Source: a virus
Reading direction: 5' to 3' (one strand)
Length of the DNA stretch: 34,865 nt
Virus record (IMG/VR): IMGVR_UViG_3300034375_011295
The notes under the pieces are model-generated. The model had not been told where the DNA came from. It saw nothing but the letters and a program-made list of their open reading frames with translations, and searched no databases. This document shows positions 24,321 to 31,812 of this stretch, one piece after another (the stretch's first letter is position 1; every line of letters starts with the position of its first letter). Made by a program: the position numbers and the translations under genes.

Positions 24321-24354
24321 AAGTATTATGAAGTGTTGTGAGGTGTAAGTGTTG
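24321..24354. repeat. Tandem imperfect G/T-rich repeats: AAGTATTATG AAGTGTTGTG AGGTGT AAGTGTTG
   Basis: AAGTGTTG occurs at 24331-24338 and 24347-24354 with related flanking units. This is an unusual G/T-rich patch in AT-rich intergenic DNA. Confidence 0.6.
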
Positions 24355-24362
24355 AAAAAAAG

Positions 24363-24381
24363 TGGTGCGTTTTTAGTGCAT
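24363..24381. repeat. Second copy of the operator-like repeat, TGGTGCGTTTTTAGTGCAT
   Basis: 17 of 19 nt identical to 24121-24139. Confidence 0.7.
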
Positions 24382-24507
24382 TTTTATTTAAAAATAAATT
24401 TTACTCCATTTTTATATGGAGCAACTCATCTAAATTATTTAAAAAATAAGAGTTTGCCTTTATGTAGTTTTTGTTTTTCATTTTAATCACTAAAAATTGT
24501 TGAAAAT

Positions 24508-24542
24508 TTATTTTGATATATTGAAACTTTTTCATAGTTTTG
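24508..24542 (+). promoter_or_regulatory. Early promoter candidate A: TTATTTTG-N19-TAGTTTTG (Bacteroidetes-type -33/-7 layout)
   Basis: TTTG at 24512-24515, a 19-nt spacer containing TGAAACTTTTT, then TAGTTTTG at 24535-24542. Upstream of the first plus-strand gene. Confidence 0.45.
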
Positions 24543-24637
24543 CAGTAAAATAATCTGAGTATTATAAAAAATATTAACACTTACTCTTTATAATACTAAA
24601 GAATTACATATTTATTTCACAAAAATAGTCAAATGTT

Positions 24638-24937
24638 ATGGAAAATCAAAACTTTGAGAAAGAAGCATTAAGATATTTAGCCAATCAGGATAGAAAATTT
24701 AAACTAAAAACAAGTGAAATAGTTACTATTGAGGAGGCAAGTCAAATATTAAGGATTGATAAACCTAAAATTATTGATTTGATTAAGTATGGAGTTTTAA
24801 AAGCAGTAAACTCTACCAAAGGAGTTAAAATCTCCAGAAAGTCAATATCCGAATTTGCAGATCAACTATTTCATATTGATTTTCCAAATAATTTTAATGA
24901 TTTAAGAATTACAAACATCTTCAAACCATTAAATTAA
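24638..24937 (+). CDS. Xis/MerR-like helix-turn-helix DNA-binding protein (99 aa)
   Basis: VTIEEASQILRIDKPKIIDLIKYGVLKAV...KISRKSISEF fits the excisionase-family HTH pattern. Confidence 0.55.
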   Translation: MENQNFEKEALRYLANQDRKFKLKTSEIVTIEEASQILRIDKPKIIDLIKYGVLKAVNSTKGVKISRKSISEFADQLFHIDFPNNFNDLRITNIFKPLN

Positions 24938-25071
24938 TGAAAATTAAATATAAAAATATTTTAACATCTGAAATCATTGCAGTTGCAGGACTGAAATTTT
25001 TAGAAAATTATACTAAAATTATAATTGAATTAGAAAAATTATTAATTAACCAACCAGAGAGGAAAAATTAA
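24937..25071 (+). CDS. Small hypothetical protein (44 aa), below the track cutoff
   Basis: Hand translation gives MKIKYKNILTSEIIAVAGLKFLENYTKIIIELEKLLINQPERKN. It is coupled to both neighbours by TAATG overlaps at each end. Confidence 0.5.
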   Translation: MKIKYKNILTSEIIAVAGLKFLENYTKIIIELEKLLINQPERKN

Positions 25072-25322
25072 TGGATAACAACCAAATTCTCCAAACACTT
25101 ATTAATCAAACGATTGGATCTTTTGAACTTTTGCTTTTAGATTACGATTTTAAAGATTACATAAGTCAATATAAAAATTTAATTGTAAAATTAAGACAAG
25201 ATCGACTTGCCAGACCTACCGATAAAAACATAGACTTACAAATAAACCGATTGACAAGATTAATTGACATTTTAGAATATGCTCAAAAATTAAATGTTAA
25301 ACCAAATATTAGCTTAAATTAA
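25071..25322 (+). CDS. Hypothetical protein (83 aa)
   Basis: ORF with a GAGAGG RBS. Confidence 0.7.
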   Translation: MDNNQILQTLINQTIGSFELLLLDYDFKDYISQYKNLIVKLRQDRLARPTDKNIDLQINRLTRLIDILEYAQKLNVKPNISLN

Positions 25323-25324
25323 AT

Positions 25325-25546
25325 ATGGATAAAATTAAAAGATTTAAGATAGGCACAATTGTATCAGTTACAATTGAATGTAGGGAAGTTGATAATAACA
25401 ATTTAGTAAAACCTTATAGATATATATTAAAGGGCTATAAAAAAGTTTATAATGACTTATGTGCTAAAATTACTATGCTTGACTTTAATGATGTTAAAAC
25501 TAAATTTAATTATTTAGTTCCTGCTGACAAAATATATAAAATTTAA
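25325..25546 (+). CDS. Hypothetical protein (73 aa)
   Basis: ORF in the early operon. Confidence 0.65.
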   Translation: MDKIKRFKIGTIVSVTIECREVDNNNLVKPYRYILKGYKKVYNDLCAKITMLDFNDVKTKFNYLVPADKIYKI

Positions 25547-25568
25547 TCAAAATATTCTGGGGGATCAC

Positions 25569-26465
25569 GTGGCTTATAATACTGCTGGACTTCTTTACTT
25601 TCCATTATCAATGAAATTTTGGAAAGACTCAAAAATAATTACTCTCCGAAAAGAAATTAATGAGATAGCTCCACAAAGATATTTACAGATTTTAACTGAA
25701 ATTTATGATAATGGATATTTTTTAGAATTTACTAAAGAAAATATTTATTCAATTTCTGACACTTACCATATTGAAGTGGATGAAATAAAAAAAATTGTTG
25801 AAAAATGTATTGAAGTTGGACTTTTTAATAAAGAGCTATTTGAAAAATATAATATTCTTACAAGCAAATCTATTCAGAAAATATTTCTTGATGCTGGGAA
25901 ATCCAGAATTAAAATTGAATTGATAAATGAATATTTATTAATAAACTTTGCTGAAATCTATGAGTTTATTACAAGAGATAGGTTAAAAGTATATATTTAT
26001 AGTTTTGATAAAACAAATTGCATTATTCTTTATAAGTCATTAGAAATTAACGTGGATAAGTTGGCAACTATGACTTTTAAAGATTTAATAAACTACACTT
26101 CGTCCGACAAATTTAACACTCTGCCCGACATAGATGGCGAAAAGTCGGGCATTTTTGATAAAGGAAAGGAAAGGAAAGGAAAGGAAAGTAAAGGAAAGGA
26201 GAGTGTGGCGAAAAATCTTTCGCCTGACACACTCACTCACAATTCTTTTTTTCAAAGATGGATCAAAGAAAAGTCAATTCATTTAAAAAAATTAACTCCA
26301 ATATCAGAAGAACAAGAAAATATACTTTTAAATAGAGTGGATAAATATACTTTAGTCCAGATTGCCTCTGAATTAGATGATAAAATGGAAACTGGATATA
26401 AAGTGGGTAAACTTTACACAGTCTTAAATAAATTTACAGATCAATATTTAAAGGGTAGAAAATGA
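25569..26465 (+). CDS. Replisome organiser / replication initiator-like protein (DUF4373, Lin1244-like N-terminal domain) (298 aa, GTG start)
   Basis: N-terminus LLYFPLSMKFWKDSKIITLRKEINEIAPQRYLQILTEIYDNGYFLEF matches the DUF4373 pattern. GGGGGA RBS. Lies directly upstream of, and overlaps, the DnaB gene. Confidence 0.6.
   Translation: MAYNTAGLLYFPLSMKFWKDSKIITLRKEINEIAPQRYLQILTEIYDNGYFLEFTKENIYSISDTYHIEVDEIKKIVEKCIEVGLFNKELFEKYNILTSKSIQKIFLDAGKSRIKIELINEYLLINFAEIYEFITRDRLKVYIYSFDKTNCIILYKSLEINVDKLATMTFKDLINYTSSDKFNTLPDIDGEKSGIFDKGKERKGKESKGKESVAKNLSPDTLTHNSFFQRWIKEKSIHLKKLTPISEEQENILLNRVDKYTLVQIASELDDKMETGYKVGKLYTVLNKFTDQYLKGRK
26160..26203 (+). repeat. (AAAGG)n pentanucleotide tract inside the organiser gene, encoding KGKERKGKESKGKES
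   Basis: aaagg x5, aaagt, aaagg x2, agag, read directly. Flanked by GC-rich inverted repeats at 26122-26151 and 26207-26224. Confidence 0.85.
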
Positions 26466-27874
26466 AATTAGGAAATAAACCTTTACCAAACGCACCTGAA
26501 TCAGAAAAGATAGTAATTGTAGCGATATTGTGGAAACAAGATACTTTTATGAAAATTACCGAATTAGGCATTACTTCAGATCATTTTTACAACTCTAAAC
26601 ATAAAATAATTTTTGAAATATTTACAAAAATGTTTTCATTGAATATTGATATTGATTTAGTTTCTGTTTATGAATATATAAAAAAAGATAAGTTGGAAAA
26701 TGAAGTACCATTGAAATATTTAGCTCAAATCAACAAAGAAATTCCAGCAACTGCTCATTTCCAAGTCCATTGCGTAATCTTAATTGAAAAATATATGCAA
26801 AGGCAAGGTATTTCAATTGCTTACAAACTATATAAAGACATTGAAAGCAACGAAGAAATCACATCAACAATTTATCAAACCATCCACGATCTTGAAAATT
26901 CAATTGAATTTAAAACATCAAAATCTTATTATGGTACTGAACTTGCTAAAATAATTTATGATGAAATTTTGAAAAGAATGGACAATAAAAACAATGATCG
27001 GTTATATACTGGCTGGGCTGAAACAGACAAAAGACTTGGTGGAATTGAAAGGGGAGATGTTGTTATTGTGGCAGGACGACCCTCGATGGGAAAATCTCAT
27101 TTGGCAAAAATATTAACTTACAAATGGAGTATAAAAGAATCACACGTTGGAGCATATTTTACTCTCGAAATGACACCTGAACAATCAATGTTTAGACATA
27201 TTCAAATCCATACTGGAATAAACACAAGGCAATTGAAAGAGGGTGAATTAACTTTAGACGAAGAAAAAAAAGTATTTGATTTTTTAGGAACAATTCACGA
27301 CTTGAAAAATACATATCACGTGGAAATGATACCATCACTTACTCCTGAAAAATTAAAATCTCGAATAAAAGAATTAATCAAGAAATTTAATTTAAGATAT
27401 ATAGTAATTGATCACGTGGGATTGATGAAAGTTGAAAGGTCAATGGAGAGTAAAACAATTGAAATGACTTTTATTTCAAATTTTACAAAGCAAATAGCCC
27501 TCGAATATAATATTTCAATTATTGAATTACTACAATTAAACAGAGAAACTACCAAACAAGCAGGTAAAAAACCAGATTTAAGTAATTTAAAGCAGTCAGG
27601 AGCATTTGAAGAAGATGCTGATTCGGTTATTTTTATACATAGACCAGAATATTATGGGGAAAAAGAAATTGAAATTAATAGGAACAGATTAAGTTCTCAC
27701 AATATTACTGAAATAATTTTAGCAAAAAACAGAAATGGAGATGGAACTGGATCAGAATTTTTATATTCAAATCCAAAAACTCATAATCTTACAAAATTAG
27801 ACACATTTAATCATTCGATCCAAGAAACAAACACAAGCCATTTTGAAGATGACAATGAAGAATCCGAATTTTAA
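26462..27874 (+). CDS. dnaB: Replicative DNA helicase, DnaB family (470 aa)
   Basis: N-terminal domain PESEKIVIVAILW. Walker A VAGRPSMGKSHLA. Walker B YIVIDHVGLM. LLQLNRE. Arg finger region ILAKNRNGDGTG. Confidence 0.9.
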   Translation: MKLGNKPLPNAPESEKIVIVAILWKQDTFMKITELGITSDHFYNSKHKIIFEIFTKMFSLNIDIDLVSVYEYIKKDKLENEVPLKYLAQINKEIPATAHFQVHCVILIEKYMQRQGISIAYKLYKDIESNEEITSTIYQTIHDLENSIEFKTSKSYYGTELAKIIYDEILKRMDNKNNDRLYTGWAETDKRLGGIERGDVVIVAGRPSMGKSHLAKILTYKWSIKESHVGAYFTLEMTPEQSMFRHIQIHTGINTRQLKEGELTLDEEKKVFDFLGTIHDLKNTYHVEMIPSLTPEKLKSRIKELIKKFNLRYIVIDHVGLMKVERSMESKTIEMTFISNFTKQIALEYNISIIELLQLNRETTKQAGKKPDLSNLKQSGAFEEDADSVIFIHRPEYYGEKEIEINRNRLSSHNITEIILAKNRNGDGTGSEFLYSNPKTHNLTKLDTFNHSIQETNTSHFEDDNEESEF

Positions 27875-27905
27875 TAAAAAAAATTCATAAAAACCATAAA
27901 AAAAA

Positions 27906-27937
27906 TTTGCTATAATGAAACTTTTTTAGTAAATTTG
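27906..27937 (+). promoter_or_regulatory. Promoter candidate B: TTTG-N20-TAAATTTG, also readable as an extended -10 TGCTATAAT
   Basis: TTTG at 27906-27909, TGAAACTTTTTT box at 27916-27927, TAAATTTG at 27930-27937, TGcTATAAT at 27908-27916. Lies in the 134-nt gap (27875-28008) before 28009. Confidence 0.45.
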
Positions 27938-28008
27938 CATATTAACAACTATCAAAATACTTTTAAAAACTTTCAATCAACTTTCATCAACTAACTTTTA
28001 ACTAAATA

Positions 28009-28482
28009 ATGACTGAAAAGAACAAAATAAACAAGTTTATTACCGAAAATCTGGACTACCACACCACTATACCAGAAATTATAAAGTCAATTGGATGGAA
28101 TTATAGACAATATTCTAAATTAATTGGTAGATCTGAAAGGTGGCTGGATAACAAATTGAATGGAGATACAACAAAAAAATTAAATAGAAATGATTTTAAA
28201 ACATTGGAATTAGCTTTTTATCAAAAATTTCCAAATACTAACTTTAATGATTATGTATATTCTGTTACTTACAACAATGCCATAACTCACAATAAAAAAA
28301 AATTACATCAGGATATTATAGCCAGAGATCAAAAGATTAAAGAGCTTGAAAATCAAATTGAAAAATTAAATATAAAAATATCTGAACTGGCTTCCCCCCA
28401 GAATCCAGATGAGGATAAAACAAGTCAAGGAGGGGATAATACTCCTCCAGATGACTTGGAAATCAAAGGAGATGAAGAATGA
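28009..28482 (+). CDS. Hypothetical protein with a possible HTH and a coiled coil (157 aa)
   Basis: IKSIGWNYRQYSKLIGRSERWLDNKLNG is HTH-like. The C-terminal part has a coiled coil, QKIKELENQIEKLNIKISEL. Confidence 0.65.
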   Translation: MTEKNKINKFITENLDYHTTIPEIIKSIGWNYRQYSKLIGRSERWLDNKLNGDTTKKLNRNDFKTLELAFYQKFPNTNFNDYVYSVTYNNAITHNKKKLHQDIIARDQKIKELENQIEKLNIKISELASPQNPDEDKTSQGGDNTPPDDLEIKGDEE

Positions 28483-28580
28483 AAAAGAAACTTGAAATTT
28501 TAGTTGGTGGAATTATATTTCTATTTGGAATTGGTGCAAGTATTTTTATTGTAGCTTGTGTTAAATCTATTGTTGGATAA
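28479..28580 (+). CDS. Small single-TM peptide (33 aa), below the track cutoff
   Basis: Hand translation gives MKKKLEILVGGIIFLFGIGASIFIVACVKSIVG. ATGA overlap with the upstream stop. Confidence 0.5.
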   Translation: MKKKLEILVGGIIFLFGIGASIFIVACVKSIVG

Positions 28581-28585
28581 ACTAA

Positions 28586-29107
28586 TTGCTTACTTACAAT
28601 CAAATATTAGCCAATAGGATCAAAGTTATTGATATTAATATTAATATGAATATTAAGAAATTAACTGAAATATTGATCCCAGATTACCGAAAAAAAGTCA
28701 AAGAAATAGAAAAAACAGATATAGAGGTACTGAAAAGATATAAAAGATTTCTTGAGTTAAGTGGGATTGATTATGACAAATTAAGATCTATCAGCAGAAA
28801 AGAGCTAATTATAAATTGTCGTAAAATTATCTATATGGATCTATTTTATAGAGGTTACACTAAAGTAGCAATTGCAAATATTTTTAAGAAAAATTGGAGT
28901 ACAATTGTCTATATGACTAAAAATTTTGATCTAAAATATAACTTAAATCTCAAAAAATCTCTTGAATTATTTATTAAATTATATCCAGATTCGGCTCTGG
29001 CAAATCTTTATCAAACCTATTTTACTGATAAACTCCAAAACAATCCAGAGCCGTATTTTACTCAAGAATTTAATATGAATCAAACAAAATTAGAGGAGCA
29101 AGAATGA
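28586..29107 (+). CDS. DnaA domain IV-like HTH protein (173 aa from TTG; 153 aa if the ATG at 28646 is used)
   Basis: SRKELIINCRKIIYMDLFYRGYTKVAIANIFKKNWSTIVYMTKNF parallels the DnaA C-terminal DNA-binding signature R..a..R(q)iAMyL...t..S...Ig..F.r.HsTV. Confidence 0.55.
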   Translation: MLTYNQILANRIKVIDININMNIKKLTEILIPDYRKKVKEIEKTDIEVLKRYKRFLELSGIDYDKLRSISRKELIINCRKIIYMDLFYRGYTKVAIANIFKKNWSTIVYMTKNFDLKYNLNLKKSLELFIKLYPDSALANLYQTYFTDKLQNNPEPYFTQEFNMNQTKLEEQE

Positions 29108-29241
29108 CAATATTATTATTAATTATAATTGCAATAATGATATTCCAAATTATCGTAAATTATAAAGCTCAAAAAAGAATGGAATTTTTAGAAAAAATGC
29201 TACATTTTTACAAAGGAAAATATGAAGAACAATCAAAATAG
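29104..29241 (+). CDS. Small single-TM peptide (45 aa), below the track cutoff
   Basis: Hand translation gives MTILLLIIIAIMIFQIIVNYKAQKRMEFLEKMLHFYKGKYEEQSK. ATGA overlap with the upstream stop. Overlaps the next ORF by 20 nt. Confidence 0.4.
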   Translation: MTILLLIIIAIMIFQIIVNYKAQKRMEFLEKMLHFYKGKYEEQSK

Positions 29242-29431
29242 CGATTTGCTTGGCGTAGAATCAATTTTTATTGTGCAACTTGGGGATTTTGTTCGAGTAG
29301 AGCAAGAAATCGAAGTGGAGGGCAAGAAACACACAGAATTAGGCAAACCTTACGAGATTAGATATTACAATATTCAAAATTTTATCAATGCAGTCCAGTC
29401 AGGACGAAAATTTGTAAAGGTGGAAAAATGA
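29222..29431 (+). CDS. Hypothetical protein (69 aa)
   Basis: ORF with an AAAGGAAAA RBS. Confidence 0.65.
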   Translation: MKNNQNSDLLGVESIFIVQLGDFVRVEQEIEVEGKKHTELGKPYEIRYYNIQNFINAVQSGRKFVKVEK

Positions 29432-29676
29432 TTAATTTCATACTAAAAAAAATATTAAAGCCGAAGCCACGAATCACAAAAGAAGATTTTTATGAGTGGT
29501 ATTCACAAGAAAAGGGTAAATACAAAGCTACTTCAACATTCTGGATAAAAATTTGTGATGAAAATACTCCAGTTGCCGAAGCATACAAACTTTACAAAAA
29601 AGACTATAAAGAATTTGACAAAAACTTTGAATATATCCATAGCTTGAGAACTTCGGATGATGGAGGTTGGAAGTGA
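29428..29676 (+). CDS. Hypothetical protein (82 aa)
   Basis: ORF with an ATGA overlap with the upstream gene. Confidence 0.65.
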   Translation: MINFILKKILKPKPRITKEDFYEWYSQEKGKYKATSTFWIKICDENTPVAEAYKLYKKDYKEFDKNFEYIHSLRTSDDGGWK

Positions 29677-29888
29677 TCAAATCCTTTTCCAAAGCTCTGG
29701 TAAAGCATATTGAAGCAGGAGCTAAACAAGTGGACGACGCTACTCGACAAAACAGACTAAAAATTTGTGAAAATTGCGAACACAATCAATTCCACTTGCT
29801 TTTCAGAAATAAGTGTCGATTGTGTGGCTGTAAAATATCTTTAAAAACTAAATGGGCAGAGCAGTCTTGCCCTATTCAAAGGTGGTAA
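29667..29888 (+). CDS. Cys-rich zinc-finger-like protein (73 aa; likely GTG start at 29673)
   Basis: CENCEH ... CRLCGCKISLKTKW..QSCP pattern (CxxC, CxxCxC, C). A GGAGG lies 5 nt upstream of the GTG at 29673, which overlaps the upstream stop (GTGA). Confidence 0.6.
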   Translation: MEVIKSFSKALVKHIEAGAKQVDDATRQNRLKICENCEHNQFHLLFRNKCRLCGCKISLKTKWAEQSCPIQRW

Positions 29889-29889
29889 A

Positions 29890-30246
29890 ATGGATAAAAG
29901 AGAATTAATCAATAAATTAAATGCAGACATCAAAACAATACTAAAAGATGGTACGAGTTTGGAAATTATGCCTCCAATCTTTTTGTTTTGCTTCTTTGAT
30001 AATATGTTTTATGAAACAAAAGATATAATCTATATTTATGCTCCAGAAGAAATTGAAAACTTTATTGTAATAGATTATTTCTTGGAAGAATTGCAAAAAG
30101 TAACAAAGCCCTTCGAAGAAGAATTTGAGATTTATTACTCAAACTTTGAAAGAATAATCCCAATGTTAGATGGATGGAGAGAAATATTTGAAGAATCAGA
30201 TGTTATTCCAATATCAAAAGAGTTAAAATTTTATGACTTTACATAA
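29890..30246 (+). CDS. Hypothetical acidic protein (118 aa)
   Basis: ORF in the operon. Confidence 0.7.
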   Translation: MDKRELINKLNADIKTILKDGTSLEIMPPIFLFCFFDNMFYETKDIIYIYAPEEIENFIVIDYFLEELQKVTKPFEEEFEIYYSNFERIIPMLDGWREIFEESDVIPISKELKFYDFT

Positions 30247-30457
30247 GAAATCAGATAAAACACCAGATCAGCTACAAAGAGAGCTGGACGAGTTAATTGT
30301 CGAAAGAGTGGCAATATTAAGTGATGACACTCAAGCCGATCAGCACCAACATAGTAAATATTGTCAAGTGCTAATTAATGAATTTGGCGAAATAAAGGGC
30401 TTAAACGCTATTCAATTGTATATGATCTATAATAATTTGAATAAGGTGGACATATAA
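30233..30457 (+). CDS. Hypothetical protein (74 aa)
   Basis: ORF overlapping the upstream gene by 14 nt. Confidence 0.6.
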   Translation: MTLHKKSDKTPDQLQRELDELIVERVAILSDDTQADQHQHSKYCQVLINEFGEIKGLNAIQLYMIYNNLNKVDI

Positions 30458-30485
30458 AAAATTTATAAATTTTTAGAGGGGAATT

Positions 30486-31241
30486 ATGAATATCATAAAA
30501 CACGAAATTCAATATACTAAAGACTACGATCAATTTAGTATTTTGAAAACAAATAGAGAAATTAACAACACTCATTTAAAAAAGTTAATTTCGTCAATGG
30601 AGAAACACTATATTCCAAATCCTGCATTTGTAGATAAAAAAATGAGGATAAGAGATGGACAACATAGATTTATGGCTTGTAAATTTTTAAATTTACCTTT
30701 TGCATATATTATTGTTGATATGGACGATAAAGATATGATCAACATAAATAAATATCAAAAATCTTGGACTGCTCCAGATTATATCAACCACTATGCAAAT
30801 AAGGGGATAAGAGATTATATTCTTTTATCAGATGCTATGCAAATGACTGGATTGCAACATCAGATATTAATATTATTTTCTAATCCAAAAATATCTCGAA
30901 GCTCCATTCCATCTATCGTCAGGACTGGAGATTTGGTATTTAATGAAGACACATTTTATCTAAACTACCACAAATATGAAGAAATTATAAAAAATTTAGG
31001 ACTTAAATCACTTACGACACGATCTGAAATATTGGCACTAATTAAAGGAATTTTTGTTCATCCAGACTACGACCATTCAAATATGCTCCACAAATGTAAA
31101 AATTACGGACGTGCAAATTATTATAAGTGTGCGACGTATGAGCAAGGTCTGGCTATGTTAGAGCATATTTATAATTATAAGACAAGAAAAGAGAACTGCA
31201 TCAATTTTGTAGATTTTTACAAACAAAAAATTAATGAATAA
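30486..31241 (+). CDS. ParB N-terminal-domain (DGQHR motif) protein, nuclease/DNA-binding-like (251 aa)
   Basis: KTNREINNTHLKKLISSM ... MRIRDGQHRFMACKFLNLPFAYIIVD fits the ParB/Srx fold motifs. GAGGGG RBS. Confidence 0.6.
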   Translation: MNIIKHEIQYTKDYDQFSILKTNREINNTHLKKLISSMEKHYIPNPAFVDKKMRIRDGQHRFMACKFLNLPFAYIIVDMDDKDMININKYQKSWTAPDYINHYANKGIRDYILLSDAMQMTGLQHQILILFSNPKISRSSIPSIVRTGDLVFNEDTFYLNYHKYEEIIKNLGLKSLTTRSEILALIKGIFVHPDYDHSNMLHKCKNYGRANYYKCATYEQGLAMLEHIYNYKTRKENCINFVDFYKQKINE

Positions 31242-31767
31242 ACAATGCGTAAGTATGAATATAATATTACACGAACTTATAAGCTCTGGATATTCTGAAC
31301 ACGAGATTAAATTGCAAGAAATAATCCCATTTTGGAAAAAAATACCAGAGCCACATCGGACAACAACTGCTTTATCAGTTATGTTGATTGAAATGAATAA
31401 AAAATTATATTATAAATTTATGATAATAAAAGTTTCTGAAATTAAAGATGAACATTATGATTTACATACAAGGGAAATCTTGAGAAGTAAATTACTAAAG
31501 AAAAAAAATAACAACTATTTATATGAATTTTATTATGATATATTTAAAGATTCAAAGATACAACCATTTAAAATAATTAGTGATCCAAAAGCATTATTCA
31601 AACCAGTCTATAAAAAAAGTCAAAGAATGATATTAATGTCATTAGGTATGCCACCGATAAATTATAATTTTTTAAGCGATGTTGCAGATGCAATCGAAAA
31701 TGGAAAAGATTTGAATGAATATATTATTAAATATTTTTTAAAACAAGGTTATATCACTAAAGAATAA
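31234..31767 (+). CDS. Hypothetical protein (177 aa)
   Basis: ORF overlapping the upstream gene by 8 nt. Confidence 0.7.
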   Translation: MNKQCVSMNIILHELISSGYSEHEIKLQEIIPFWKKIPEPHRTTTALSVMLIEMNKKLYYKFMIIKVSEIKDEHYDLHTREILRSKLLKKKNNNYLYEFYYDIFKDSKIQPFKIISDPKALFKPVYKKSQRMILMSLGMPPINYNFLSDVADAIENGKDLNEYIIKYFLKQGYITKE

Positions 31768-31795
31768 AAGCCCTCGAATGAGGCACAATTTTAAA
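31767..31795 (+). terminator. Weak, degenerate copy of the AAAGCCCTC..GAGGGC hairpin
   Basis: aaagccctcgaatgaggcacaatttt: only a 4-5 bp stem (cctc/gagg plus g-c with a bulge), followed by tttt. Confidence 0.3.
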
Positions 31796-31812
31796 CCAAA
31801 TCAGGATAAAAA

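Noticed and set aside
24385-24422. AT-only palindrome tttattt-aa-aaataaa and the 6-bp hairpin ctccat-ttttat-atggag
   Set aside because: Both are short, mostly A/T pairings expected by chance in this composition. There is no supporting context.
24638-24937. Xis-like HTH as evidence of a lysogeny module
   Set aside because: No integrase, recombinase, attP-like tRNA fragment or CI-type repressor was recognised anywhere in the closed genome. The HTH alone does not support temperate behaviour.
26160-26203. (AAAGG)n tract as a CRISPR-like or satellite array
   Set aside because: The unit is 5 nt with no spacers, and it lies in-frame inside a gene. It is a microsatellite or ori-like element, not CRISPR.
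29528-29785. 85-aa minus-strand ORF
   Set aside because: It is antisense to two coupled plus-strand genes in the early operon.
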